Source: an uncultured Chloroflexia bacterium (GTDB taxonomy: Bacteria; Chloroflexota; Limnocylindria; Limnocylindrales; CSP1-4). From it: DNA of 64,000 nt. The notes under the pieces were generated by a model, which did no database searches, had not been told where the DNA came from, and was given only the letters and a program-made list of their open reading frames with translations. The stretch lies in assembly GCA_963708065.1 (NCBI GenBank), contig CAVPRZ010000011.1, positions 5,195 to 69,194 on the forward strand, given 5' to 3'. This document shows positions 30,538 through 39,755 of this stretch, one piece after another. Both the position numbers and the translations under genes were made by a program. The stretch's first letter is position 1, and every line of letters begins with the position of its first letter.

Positions 30538-31083
30538 CTAGCCGGCGTCCGCCGACCCGCCCGTCCGCAGGTCGGCCCACGGGTCGACGACGCGGTGCGG
30601 GGCGAAGATCTGGGTCCGGTGGTGGTTGACCGCGACCATCGAGGCGGTCTGGCGCGCCTCGCCGATCGAGTCGGACCAGAACGAGGCGTCGGTGACCGGG
30701 ATGAACCGGCCGATCAGCTCGCCGAGCGCGTCGACGAGGTTGCGCTCGGGCAGCAGGTGGATCCGGCCGGTGATCCGGAACGGCGGGATGACGATCATCG
30801 CCTCCTCGGGCACCTTCGGCATCCGCAGCTCCGGCGCGGGACCGACGTAGTCGTTGGCGACGGCGAAGAGGACGCTCGACAGGTTGACCTGGGCGTACTC
30901 GGCCTGGACCGCGACCGAGCGCGAGCCGTACTCGTCGAGGCCGGCCTCGCGCAGGACGAGGAAGTCGTGCTCGGCGTGGTTGAGGATGTCGCTCACCCGT
31001 CGCTCGCGGGTCTCGACCGTCCCGCGCACGATGAACGAGTCGGTGTACAGGGTCAGCTCGGTCTGCTGGGCGGGCGCGAACAT
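30538..31083 (-). CDS. Hypothetical protein with an internal two-fold repeat
   Basis: 181 aa. The halves LTLYTDSFIVRGTVE..VNLSSVLFA and MIVIPPFRITGRIHL..VNHHRTQIFA share a pattern. Confidence 0.5.
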   Translation of the reverse strand: MFAPAQQTELTLYTDSFIVRGTVETRERRVSDILNHAEHDFLVLREAGLDEYGSRSVAVQAEYAQVNLSSVLFAVANDYVGPAPELRMPKVPEEAMIVIPPFRITGRIHLLPERNLVDALGELIGRFIPVTDASFWSDSIGEARQTASMVAVNHHRTQIFAPHRVVDPWADLRTGGSADAG

Positions 31084-31125
31084 GGCGACAGGATACGACG
31101 CCGGAACCCCGCGAACACCCCGAGT

Positions 31126-32838
31126 TCAGCCTCCGGCCGGACTCCCGGCGCGCGCGGTCACCAGGTGCTCCGCCCCGTGCTGGAGGCCGCGCCAGATCGC
31201 CTCGACGCTCGCCACCGTGTCGATCTCGTCGGACGTCTTGTCGAGGCGCAGGTGGGCGATCCGCGGGAACCGGAGCGAGAACCCCGACCGGTGGCGGTTC
31301 GACCGGACGATCACGTCGAAGGCGACCTCGACGACGACCGTCGGCTCGACCACCCGGTAGCGCCCGAAGCGCTCGATCGTGTGGGCCTCGAACCAGGCCG
31401 TCCGCTCGGCGATCTCGGCATCGGTCAGGCCGCTGTAGGCCTTGCCGATCGTGACCAGCTTGCCGGTCGCCTCGTCGCGGACGGCGAACGTGTAGTCGGA
31501 CAGGACGCCGTGCCGCTTGCCGTGACCGACCTCGACCCCGACGACGACGCAGTCGAGCGTGGCCAGCGCCTTCTTCATCTTCAGCCAGCCGAGGCCACGC
31601 CGGCCGGGCGAGTAGCGGCTCGTCGGGTCCTTGACCATCAGCCCCTCGTTGTTCCGCCCCCGGGCATCGCTGAAGGCCCGTTCGAGATCGTCGACCGAGT
31701 CGACCGACTCGAGATGAGACAGCGCGAACGTGCCGCCGTCGTCGACCAGCGGGAGGCCGAGCCCCTCCAGGCGCCGCCGTCGCTCGGACAGCGGGTGGTC
31801 CAGGACCGGCTCGGGCGGGCGGCCCCGCGGTCCGATCGCGAGGACGTCGAAGGCCACGAAGACCACCGGCACCTGGGCCCGGATCGCCGCCGACGGCGCC
31901 TTCCGGCCGAGCCGCTTCTGGAGGGCGATGAACGGCATGACCGCGCCGTCGCGGTAGGCCAGGAGCTCGCCGTCGAGGATGCCGTCCCAGGGCAGGCCGC
32001 CGGCGCCGTCGATCACCTCCGGGAACTGGCCGCTCACGTCGTGGAGGTCGCGGCTGTAGAGGCGGACCTCGTCCCCCTGGCGATGGAGCTGGGCGCGGAT
32101 CCCGTCGTACTTGTCCTCGACCCAGGCGGTCGGGCCGAGCCTGGTCATGATCTCGGTGGCGTCCTCGGCCGGCGACGCGAGCATGAACTTGAACGGGTGG
32201 AACAGGCGCAGGCTGGCCGTAGCGAGGGCGTCGTCCCGGGCGAGCAGGGCGGTCTCGCCGATGTCGCCGGTCAGCATCGCCGCGCGCTTGACGGCGTCGA
32301 TCGGGCGATCGAAGGCGCTCGCGATGGCCGCCTCGAGGAGGCCCTCGCGGAGCCCGATCCGGAGCTCCCCCGACAGGATCTTGACGACGTACTTGGCGGT
32401 CAGCGGGTCGCACCGGGCGAGGAGCTCGCCGAACAGGGCGCCCTTGGCGGCCGGACCCGAGGCGGCCTCGATCGCGGCGAAGGCGGTCGCGACGTCGTCG
32501 AGCCCCGGCGGGTCGGCGGGGACCGGCGGCCGAGCTCCGTTCGCCCGACCGAGCACGTCGGCGACGGCGATCCCAAGATCCGACGACCGGTCGTAGGCCT
32601 CGCCGAGCGCCCCGGCCGGCACTCCCGCGAGGCTGGTGACCGCGGAGGCGATCGTCGCCCAGCCGAGTCCGGTGGACCGTCCGTCGACCTCGGCGAACGG
32701 CCGTCCTGCCAGGAAGACAGCGGCGATCGGCAGGTCGTCGGGGGGCAGCGTCCTCAGCTCGTCGGCGAGGAGGCGGGTCTTCTCCGACGTGCGCGTCGTG
32801 GCGGCGACCCGCTCGGCCACCTCGCTCCAGCGGCGCAT
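31126..32838 (-). CDS. ATP-dependent DNA ligase (three-domain LigB-type)
   Basis: Adenylation motif I is EDKYDGIRAQ. Also present are EGLMVK and WLKMKK, with an OB-fold C-terminus. ATG at 32838. Confidence 0.85.
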   Translation of the reverse strand: MRRWSEVAERVAATTRTSEKTRLLADELRTLPPDDLPIAAVFLAGRPFAEVDGRSTGLGWATIASAVTSLAGVPAGALGEAYDRSSDLGIAVADVLGRANGARPPVPADPPGLDDVATAFAAIEAASGPAAKGALFGELLARCDPLTAKYVVKILSGELRIGLREGLLEAAIASAFDRPIDAVKRAAMLTGDIGETALLARDDALATASLRLFHPFKFMLASPAEDATEIMTRLGPTAWVEDKYDGIRAQLHRQGDEVRLYSRDLHDVSGQFPEVIDGAGGLPWDGILDGELLAYRDGAVMPFIALQKRLGRKAPSAAIRAQVPVVFVAFDVLAIGPRGRPPEPVLDHPLSERRRRLEGLGLPLVDDGGTFALSHLESVDSVDDLERAFSDARGRNNEGLMVKDPTSRYSPGRRGLGWLKMKKALATLDCVVVGVEVGHGKRHGVLSDYTFAVRDEATGKLVTIGKAYSGLTDAEIAERTAWFEAHTIERFGRYRVVEPTVVVEVAFDVIVRSNRHRSGFSLRFPRIAHLRLDKTSDEIDTVASVEAIWRGLQHGAEHLVTARAGSPAGG

Positions 32839-32865
32839 GGCGCGGATGGTATACCTTCGTCGCCC

Positions 32866-33507
32866 ATGCTCCACCGCGGCTGGTTTCCGGACACGATCAC
32901 GGGCGAGCGGATCGTCCTCCGTCGCCACGTCCCGGAGAACCTGGCCGCCTTCCGGCGCTGGTACTCGGACGCCGAGGTCGCCCGGCTGACCCGCTACCAG
33001 GAGGGGCCGATGCCGATCGCGGAGATCGACCGCTTCTTCCAGGCGCGGGTCATCGGCCCGGACTCGCTCGCCCTCGCCATCCACGTGCGCGACACGGGCC
33101 GGCTCATCGGGACGTGCGCGCTCAGCCAGCTCGACGGGGACAACGGCTCGGCGCTCTTCCACATCACGATCGGCGAGAAGGACGCCTGGGGTCTCGGCTA
33201 CGGCACCGAGGCGACCGAGCTCATGCTCGAGCACGCCTTCGAGCGGCTCGGCCTCCACCGGGTCGCCCTCTCGGTGTTCGCCTTCAATGAGCGAGCGATC
33301 CGGGCCTACCGCAAGGCCGGCTTCGTCGTCGAGGGCCGGGCCCGCCAGTCGATCTGGCGCGACGGGCGCTACTGGGACGAGCTCCAGATGAGCATGCTCG
33401 ACTCGGACTGGGCCGCGCGCCGGCAGGAGCCGGGACCGGCGACTGCGCCGGGCCTCGTGAACGGGGACGAGCCGGTTCCCGCGGCGCGGGTCGTCCGAAG
33501 GGCCTGA
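32866..33507 (+). CDS. GNAT family N-acetyltransferase (RimJ/RimL-like)
   Basis: WGLGYGTEA and NERAIRAYRKAGF motifs. Divergent from the ligase. Confidence 0.75.
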   Translation: MLHRGWFPDTITGERIVLRRHVPENLAAFRRWYSDAEVARLTRYQEGPMPIAEIDRFFQARVIGPDSLALAIHVRDTGRLIGTCALSQLDGDNGSALFHITIGEKDAWGLGYGTEATELMLEHAFERLGLHRVALSVFAFNERAIRAYRKAGFVVEGRARQSIWRDGRYWDELQMSMLDSDWAARRQEPGPATAPGLVNGDEPVPAARVVRRA

Positions 33508-33509
33508 CG

Positions 33510-33788
33510 ATGGCCAGCAGCGGGCCGGCGGCCGACGCGGCCAGGACCGAGGTCCGGGCGATCGTCGACGACAAGGGCCACGCCGTCGACAACGCTCGCC
33601 GGGCGGTCGCCCGGCTCGACGAGGCGTTCGCGGCCGGCGACCTCGTCCGGACGCCGGCGCTCGACGCGATGCTCGGCGACCTGATGGTCGCGCTCGAGCA
33701 GGACGACGGACAGAAGCTCGGCGGCAAGAGCGCCGAGGCGGCCCGGTTCATCCTCCGGGCGGTCTCCCGCGAGCTCGACAACGCCTGA
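33510..33788 (+). CDS. Small hypothetical protein
   Basis: 92-aa helical-looking ORF starting 3 nt after the GNAT stop. Confidence 0.4.
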   Translation: MASSGPAADAARTEVRAIVDDKGHAVDNARRAVARLDEAFAAGDLVRTPALDAMLGDLMVALEQDDGQKLGGKSAEAARFILRAVSRELDNA

Positions 33789-33942
33789 CCGGTCGGGTCG
33801 GGAGAGAGCGACCTGGCGACCCTCCCGCTCGCCTGACGGGATCCCAGGCGGGACGAGGCGCCGCGGGCAGCCGCCGTCCGATGCCGCGGTGACGTACCGT
33901 TGAGGCCGTCCCACCCTCGCACCGCCTCGGAGGATCTGCACC

Positions 33943-34900
33943 GTGCCCGATCGTGACCTCAAGCTCGGAATCCTGCTCTGGAGCCAGGGCGCCGCCTGGC
34001 CGGAGATGCTCGACGCCGCCCGGCGGGTCGACCGCCTCGGCTACGACCACCTCTGGACGTGGGACCACCTGTACGCGATCTTCGGCGATCCCTACCAGCC
34101 GATCGTCGAGGGCTGGACGGCCCTTGCCGCCTGGGCGATGGCGACCGAGCGGACGCGACTCGGCCTGCTCGTCGGGGCGAACACGTTCCGTAACCCCGGC
34201 CTCATGGCGAAGACGGCCACGACCCTCGACCACATCAGCGGTGGGCGGGCCATCCTGGGCATGGGCGGAGCCTGGATGGAGCTCGAGCACCAGGCCCACG
34301 GGATCGACTTCGGCTCCGGACTTCGGCCAGCGGCTCGACTGGCTCGAGGAGTCGGTCGCGGCCATGCGCCAGCTGCTCGACGGCGGCGAGGTGACCTCGG
34401 CGCCCGGCGGTCGGTACGCCTTCGACCACCTCCGCCACAGCCCGCTCCCGGTCCAGCGCCGCCTCCCGATCATGATCGGCGGGAGCGGCGAGAAGAAGAC
34501 CCTCCGGACCGTCGCCCGCCACGCCGACATGTGGAACGCGATGGGCCCGCTCGAGCTGATGGCCCACAAGGTCGACGTCCTCCGCGAGCACTGCGCGGCC
34601 GTGGGACGAAACATCGACGAGATCGACTTCACCCTCGGAGTGAAGCTGACGATCCGCGACTCGCGCGCCGAGGCCGAACGGGTCTGGCACGAGGCGATGG
34701 CCCTCAACCGGACGCCGATGGCCGACGTCGCCGACGACGACACGTTCTGGAACGGGACGTCCGAGGAGATTGCCGACCGGCTCCGGCCGTACGTGGAGCT
34801 CGGCTTCCGGACGGTCATCTCGGAGCAGCCGGCTCCGTACGACGTCGAGACGTTCGAGCGGTTCGTCGGCGAGGTCAAGCCGCTCGTGGACGCCGGCTGA
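33943..34900 (+). pseudogene. LLM-class (luciferase-like, F420-type) oxidoreductase, one frame change near 34320
   Basis: The N-terminal half is in ORF 33943..35025 (LGILLW..DHLWTWDHL..LDHISGGRAILGMGGAW). The C-terminal half is in ORF 33953..34900 (PIMIGGSGEKKTLR..ADMWN). Confidence 0.75.
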
Positions 34901-35141
34901 GGGTGGTCCCCGACGCCCCAGGCGGCATGAGTGGGAGTCATGCCCAAGGGCGAAGCCGAGCGGCCCCGCAGCTCGACCGACCACGGTCGCGCGGTGCCTG
35001 GGCATCGAACCCGACCGGGTCATGAGCCGCGCTCATCGGATGAGGGCAGAGCCTCGGTGCGAACGCGGACCGGCTCCCGCCTGAGCGCTCCGCCCGTTTG
35101 ACGTACCGTTTCCGGGCACACACCCGGAGGACTGCCAGCTC

Positions 35142-36362
35142 GTGGACGTCGCCCCCAGCCCGGGTCCGAGCGACTCGACCGCCGGCGCGGCACCGGCACC
35201 GACCGAACGCCCCGGCCGGCGCGCCGCGACCGTGGAGTTCGCGCACGTCACGAAGGTCTACGGGCGAGCAGAGGCGAACACCCCCGGCGCCGTCAACGAC
35301 CTGTCGCTGTTCGTGCCGGCCGGCCGGATCTGCGTCCTCGTCGGGCCGTCGGGCTGCGGCAAGACGACCTCGCTCAAGATGGTCAACCGGCTGATCGAGC
35401 CGACCTCCGGCCGGATCCTCATCGACGGGGTCGACGCGGCCACGCGCGAGGTCACCGAGCTGCGCCGCGGGATCGGCTACGTCATCCAGTCGACCGGGCT
35501 GTTCCCACACCAGACGATCGGCGCGAACGTCGCCGTCGTGCCCCGGCTCCTCGGCTGGGACGCCGCCCGCCAGCGAGAGCGGACCGACGAGCTGCTCGGC
35601 CTCGTCGGGCTCGACCCGGCCCGTTACCGCGATCGCTACCCGAGCCAGCTGTCGGGCGGGGAGCGCCAGCGGGTCGGCGTCGCCCGGGCCCTCGCGGCCG
35701 ATCCGCCGGTGATGCTCATGGACGAGCCGTTCGGGGCGGTCGACCCGATCGTCCGCGACCGGCTCCAGAACGAGTTCCTCCGGCTCCAGGAGGGGCTGGC
35801 CAAGACGATCCTGTTCGTCACCCACGACATCGACGAGGCGATCAAGATGGGCGACCTCGTCGCGGTCATGCAGGCGGGCGGGACGCTCGCCCAGTTCGGG
35901 ACCCCCGGCGAGATCCTGGCCAACCCGGCCTCGGACTTCGTCGCCCGCTTCGTCGGTGCGGACCGCGGGTTGAAGCGGCTGTCCCTCGTCCGGGTCGGCG
36001 ACCTGGGCCCGACGCCGATCGTCGTCGCCCATCCGGGCGACGATGCCGCCGACGCCGCCCGGCGCCTGGCGGCCGACCCATTCCGGTACCTGCTCCTCGT
36101 CGATGAGCGGGATCGCCCGATCGGCTGGGTCGACCCGCGCCACCTGCCCGCGGTCGGGACGCTCACCGACGACATGGCCAGCCCGATGTCGCCGCTGCTC
36201 GAACCGCGGACGACGCTCAAGGACGCCCTGTCGATGCTCCTCGGCGCCGACGTCCAGGCCGGGATCGTCGTCGACGGCGGCGGCCGGGTCCAGGGCGTCG
36301 TCACCCTCGACGCGATCGTCGAGGAGCTGCGCGCCCCCGCCGAGCCGGGAGTCCCGGCATGA
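35142..36362 (+). CDS. Osmoprotectant (glycine betaine/choline type) ABC transporter ATPase with tandem CBS domains
   Basis: Walker A GPSGCGKTT, signature LSGGERQRV, Walker B LMDEPF, and a CBS-like C-terminus. Confidence 0.85.
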   Translation: MDVAPSPGPSDSTAGAAPAPTERPGRRAATVEFAHVTKVYGRAEANTPGAVNDLSLFVPAGRICVLVGPSGCGKTTSLKMVNRLIEPTSGRILIDGVDAATREVTELRRGIGYVIQSTGLFPHQTIGANVAVVPRLLGWDAARQRERTDELLGLVGLDPARYRDRYPSQLSGGERQRVGVARALAADPPVMLMDEPFGAVDPIVRDRLQNEFLRLQEGLAKTILFVTHDIDEAIKMGDLVAVMQAGGTLAQFGTPGEILANPASDFVARFVGADRGLKRLSLVRVGDLGPTPIVVAHPGDDAADAARRLAADPFRYLLLVDERDRPIGWVDPRHLPAVGTLTDDMASPMSPLLEPRTTLKDALSMLLGADVQAGIVVDGGGRVQGVVTLDAIVEELRAPAEPGVPA

Positions 36363-37000
36363 TCCGCTGGGACTGGATCCGCGACAACCTCGGCGTGATC
36401 GGCGGCTCGGTCATGGATCACCTCGTGCTGACAGTCCTGGCGATCGTCATCGGCCTGGCGATTAGCTTCACCGCCGCCCTGGTCATCCGCCGGCAGCGGA
36501 TCCTGCGCGGCCCGATCACTGCGACGTTCGGCGTGCTCTACACGATCCCGAGCCTCGCCCTGTTCGCGTTCCTCGTCCCGTTCACCGGGCTGACCCTGGT
36601 CACCGCCGAGATCGGCCTGATCAGCTACACCCTGCTGATCCTGACCAGGAACATCCTGGCCGGGCTGGAGGGGATCCCGGCCGAGGTGCGCGAGGCCGCC
36701 GACGGGATGGGCTACACGGGCCCCCAGCGGCTGCTGGGCGTGGAGCTGCCGCTGGCCATGCCGGTGATCATGACCGGGATGCGGGTCGCGACCGTCACGA
36801 TCGTCGGCCTGGTCATGGTCACGGCGGTGATCGGCGAGGGTGGCCTCGGCCAGCTGATGCTGCGCGGGTTCAACCGCCAGTTCCCGACGATGATCTACGT
36901 CGGCTTCGTCCTGACGATCGCCCTGGCGCTCGTCCTCGACCTCATCCTCGTCGCGATCCAGCGCCTGCTGACGCCCTGGTCGCGCCGGGCGGCGGCCTGA
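36359..37000 (+). CDS. ABC transporter permease (OpuCB-like)
   Basis: 213 aa, polytopic, with ATGA overlap to the ATPase gene. Confidence 0.8.
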   Translation: MIRWDWIRDNLGVIGGSVMDHLVLTVLAIVIGLAISFTAALVIRRQRILRGPITATFGVLYTIPSLALFAFLVPFTGLTLVTAEIGLISYTLLILTRNILAGLEGIPAEVREAADGMGYTGPQRLLGVELPLAMPVIMTGMRVATVTIVGLVMVTAVIGEGGLGQLMLRGFNRQFPTMIYVGFVLTIALALVLDLILVAIQRLLTPWSRRAAA

Positions 37001-37003
37001 CCG

Positions 37004-37729
37004 ATGGAGGGGATCACCGGCGCGCTCGGCTGGTTGACGGACCCGGCCCACTGGCAGGGGCCGAACGGCATCCCGACCCGGCTCGTCGAGCACGTCGAGC
37101 TGTCGGCGCTGGCGATCCTGGTGGCGCTCGCGATCGCCATCCCGGTCGCGTTCTACACCGGCCACACGGGGCGCGGCGGCGCGCTCGCGGTCAACGTCGC
37201 CGGTCTCGGCCGGGCGATCCCGTCCTACGCCCTGCTCATCGTCCTGTTCCCGCTCCTCGGGTTCGGGCTGATCACGCCGCTCGTGGCGCTCGTCCTGCTG
37301 TCGATCCCGCCGATCCTGGCCAACACCCACGTCGGGCTGCGCGGGGTCGATCGGGAGGTCGTCGAGGCCGCTCGCGCGATGGGCATGCGCGAGTCGCAGG
37401 TCCTGACCAGGGTCGAGCTTCCCGCGGCCCTGCCGGTGATGATGGCCGGGATCCGGACCGCCTCGGTCGCCGCGGTGGCGACGGCCACGCTGGCCGCCCT
37501 GATCGCCGGCGGCGGGCTGGGCCGCTTCATCGTCGACGGGTTCGCCCTCCAGGACCAGGCGATGCTGGTGAGCGGGGCGATCCTCGTCGCCGTCCTCGCC
37601 GTCGTGACCGAGCGTGGGTTCACCGTCGCCGAGCGCCGGCTGGTGTCGCCCGGGGTCCGGCTGGCGGCCGGCGCCGAGGGCGCCGAGACGGCCCCGACCG
37701 AGCTCGCCCGACCCGAGCCGGTGGCCTAG
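37004..37729 (+). CDS. ABC transporter permease (OpuCD-like)
   Basis: 241 aa, polytopic, paralogous to the preceding permease. Confidence 0.8.
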   Translation: MEGITGALGWLTDPAHWQGPNGIPTRLVEHVELSALAILVALAIAIPVAFYTGHTGRGGALAVNVAGLGRAIPSYALLIVLFPLLGFGLITPLVALVLLSIPPILANTHVGLRGVDREVVEAARAMGMRESQVLTRVELPAALPVMMAGIRTASVAAVATATLAALIAGGGLGRFIVDGFALQDQAMLVSGAILVAVLAVVTERGFTVAERRLVSPGVRLAAGAEGAETAPTELARPEPVA

Positions 37730-37910
37730 CCGGCAGCCCGCGGCGCCGCGGTCGAAGCGCCCAAGATCCGACCCTCATCCGGATCGGCGGCGCCGGCGTA
37801 TCCAGCTCAGGACGCCCGGAATGGGGCGTTCCGGGAGGGACTGCTATAGTCCGCGGACGTCCCTCGCGGCCTGCCCGAAACGCCGCCGGACGAGCACGGA
37901 AGGAGGACCC

Positions 37911-38933
37911 ATGCGGGCAATCCGCAGGGCTGCTCTCGGGGCGACGCTGCTCGCGCTCATCGTGAGTGCCTGCTCGTCGGGTGGGAGCAGTCCATCGCCA
38001 ACGGCCGCGCCGACGACGGCTCCGTCGTCAGCCGCCAGTCCATCGACCGAGGCCTCGCCGCCGTCGTCGGCGTCGGGCGGCTCGATCGCGTCCCAGCTCA
38101 CCCTCGGGGGGCCACCCGAGTGTCCCCAGCGTCCCTTCTGCGTGCCGGGCCTGAAGGACACGTACGGGGTCGAGTTCAAGCTGTTCCTGCCGCTCGACGC
38201 GGGCGGCCCGCTCAGCCTCAGCGCCATCAATACCGGGCTCGTCGACGTGGCCCTGCTGTTCACGTCCGACCCATCGATCCAGGTCAACAACCTGGTCCTG
38301 CTCGAGGACGACAAGCACCTCCAGAAGGCCGACAACCTGGTCCCGGTCGTTCGCAACGACCTGCTGGCGAAGGCCCCGGGGTTGCCGGACCTGATCAACC
38401 CGTTCATGGCCAAGCTGACCCAGGACCAGCTCACCGACCTCAACAAGCAGGTCACCGTCGACGGCAAGGACTCCAAGTCCGTGGCCGGGGCCTGGCTGAC
38501 TGCCAACGGGCTCACCTCCGGCGGCACGTCCGGGAGCGGGATCACGGTCAAGGTCGGCTCGACGAACTTCTACGAGCAGGAGGTCCTCGGCGAGATCTTC
38601 GCCCAGATCCTCGAGGCCAACGGCTTCACCGTCGAGCGCAAGTTCCAGCTCGGCAACCGTGAGGTCGTCTTCCCCGCCCTCCAGAAGGGCGACATCGACA
38701 TCCTGGCCGAGTACGCGGCGACCGCCCTCGAGTACGTCAACAAGGGCGCCGGTGAGTCGACCGGCGACGCGGCCGAGACGGTCGCCAAGCTCAAGGACCG
38801 GCTCGCCCCGCTCAAGCTGACCGCCCTGGACTTCGCTCCGGCGACGGACCAGAACGGCTTCGTCGTCACCAAGGCGACCGCCGACAAGTACAAGCTCACG
38901 AAGGTCAGCGACCTCGCCAACCCCGCGCCGTAG
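37911..38933 (+). CDS. Osmoprotectant-binding lipoprotein (OpuC/PF04069-like) with apparently permuted lobe order
   Basis: AGGAGG lies 5 nt upstream of the ATG; lipobox VSAC. The segment GSTNFYEQEVLGEIFAQILEANGF..IDILAEY is N-terminal in B. subtilis OpuCC as I recall it. Here it lies C-terminal to LFTSDPSI..LLEDDK. Confidence 0.75.
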   Translation: MRAIRRAALGATLLALIVSACSSGGSSPSPTAAPTTAPSSAASPSTEASPPSSASGGSIASQLTLGGPPECPQRPFCVPGLKDTYGVEFKLFLPLDAGGPLSLSAINTGLVDVALLFTSDPSIQVNNLVLLEDDKHLQKADNLVPVVRNDLLAKAPGLPDLINPFMAKLTQDQLTDLNKQVTVDGKDSKSVAGAWLTANGLTSGGTSGSGITVKVGSTNFYEQEVLGEIFAQILEANGFTVERKFQLGNREVVFPALQKGDIDILAEYAATALEYVNKGAGESTGDAAETVAKLKDRLAPLKLTALDFAPATDQNGFVVTKATADKYKLTKVSDLANPAP

Positions 38934-38956
38934 CGGTCATCCGCCCGAATTCCGAG

Positions 38957-38986
38957 GACCCCGGCGACGAGCCGGGGTCTTCGATT
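38957..38986. terminator. Bidirectional intrinsic terminator between convergent genes
   Basis: GACCCCGGC-GACGA-GCCGGGGTC 9-bp stem followed by TTCGATTC. Confidence 0.6.
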
Positions 38987-38993
38987 CGGGTTC

Positions 38994-39755
38994 CTAGCGC
39001 CCGAGTGCCAGCTCGGCGAGGAGGCGCTCGCCGTCCCGCCAGGCGTCGGAAGCCGACCGCTCGAGCCGGGTCGCCTCCCGGGCCACCCAGAGATCGAAGC
39101 CCGGCTCGGTCTGGCGGAGCTGGGCGGCGGCGACCAGCCGGGCGTGGGCATTCCGGACGAACGCGGCGTAGAGCTCGACGGCCGGCGTCCCGGCGAGCCG
39201 GGCCTCGATGCCGGGCTCGTAGTCGACCCGGACGAGGAGCCGCCCGAAGAACGCCCCGATCTCGCTCGCCAGCGGGTCCGAGCCCTGGCTGTGCCCGCTC
39301 CAGCGCGCGAGCGGACCGGGCGATTCGATCGAGACCACGGTCAGCTCGTCGTCGATGACGGCCGAGCGAAGGACGCCCCCGAACGTCAGGAAGCGGTTGT
39401 CGACCCCGAGTCGGTCGACGATCCGGAGCCGGCCCCACGACACCCCGGCGTCGACGGGGAACGGCTTCGAGCGGTCGATCGTGACCAGCCGGCCGCGTCC
39501 ACCGCTCGCCTGCCAGTACGACAGCGCCTCCGGGTCGAAGTGCCGGAACGTCGGGCTGGCCCGGAACCCGACGAGCAGGAACGAGCCGCCGGGGGCCGCA
39601 GGCTGGTCGCTGTGGATCAGGCTGAACCCGAGGTTCGCGAGCAGCCGGGCGGCGGCCGGCGCCCAGCCCCGCGGATCGGCCAGGGCGGTGATGTCGGCCG
39701 CCTCGCCGTCGCCGACGCCCGTCGGCCGCCGCCCCGTCGTCGGCGCATCGCTCAT
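38994..39755 (-). CDS. Hypothetical protein, last gene of the GT2 operon
   Basis: 253 aa with no motif I recognise. Its start overlaps the upstream stop by 4 nt. Confidence 0.5.
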   Translation of the reverse strand: MSDAPTTGRRPTGVGDGEAADITALADPRGWAPAAARLLANLGFSLIHSDQPAAPGGSFLLVGFRASPTFRHFDPEALSYWQASGGRGRLVTIDRSKPFPVDAGVSWGRLRIVDRLGVDNRFLTFGGVLRSAVIDDELTVVSIESPGPLARWSGHSQGSDPLASEIGAFFGRLLVRVDYEPGIEARLAGTPAVELYAAFVRNAHARLVAAAQLRQTEPGFDLWVAREATRLERSASDAWRDGERLLAELALGR

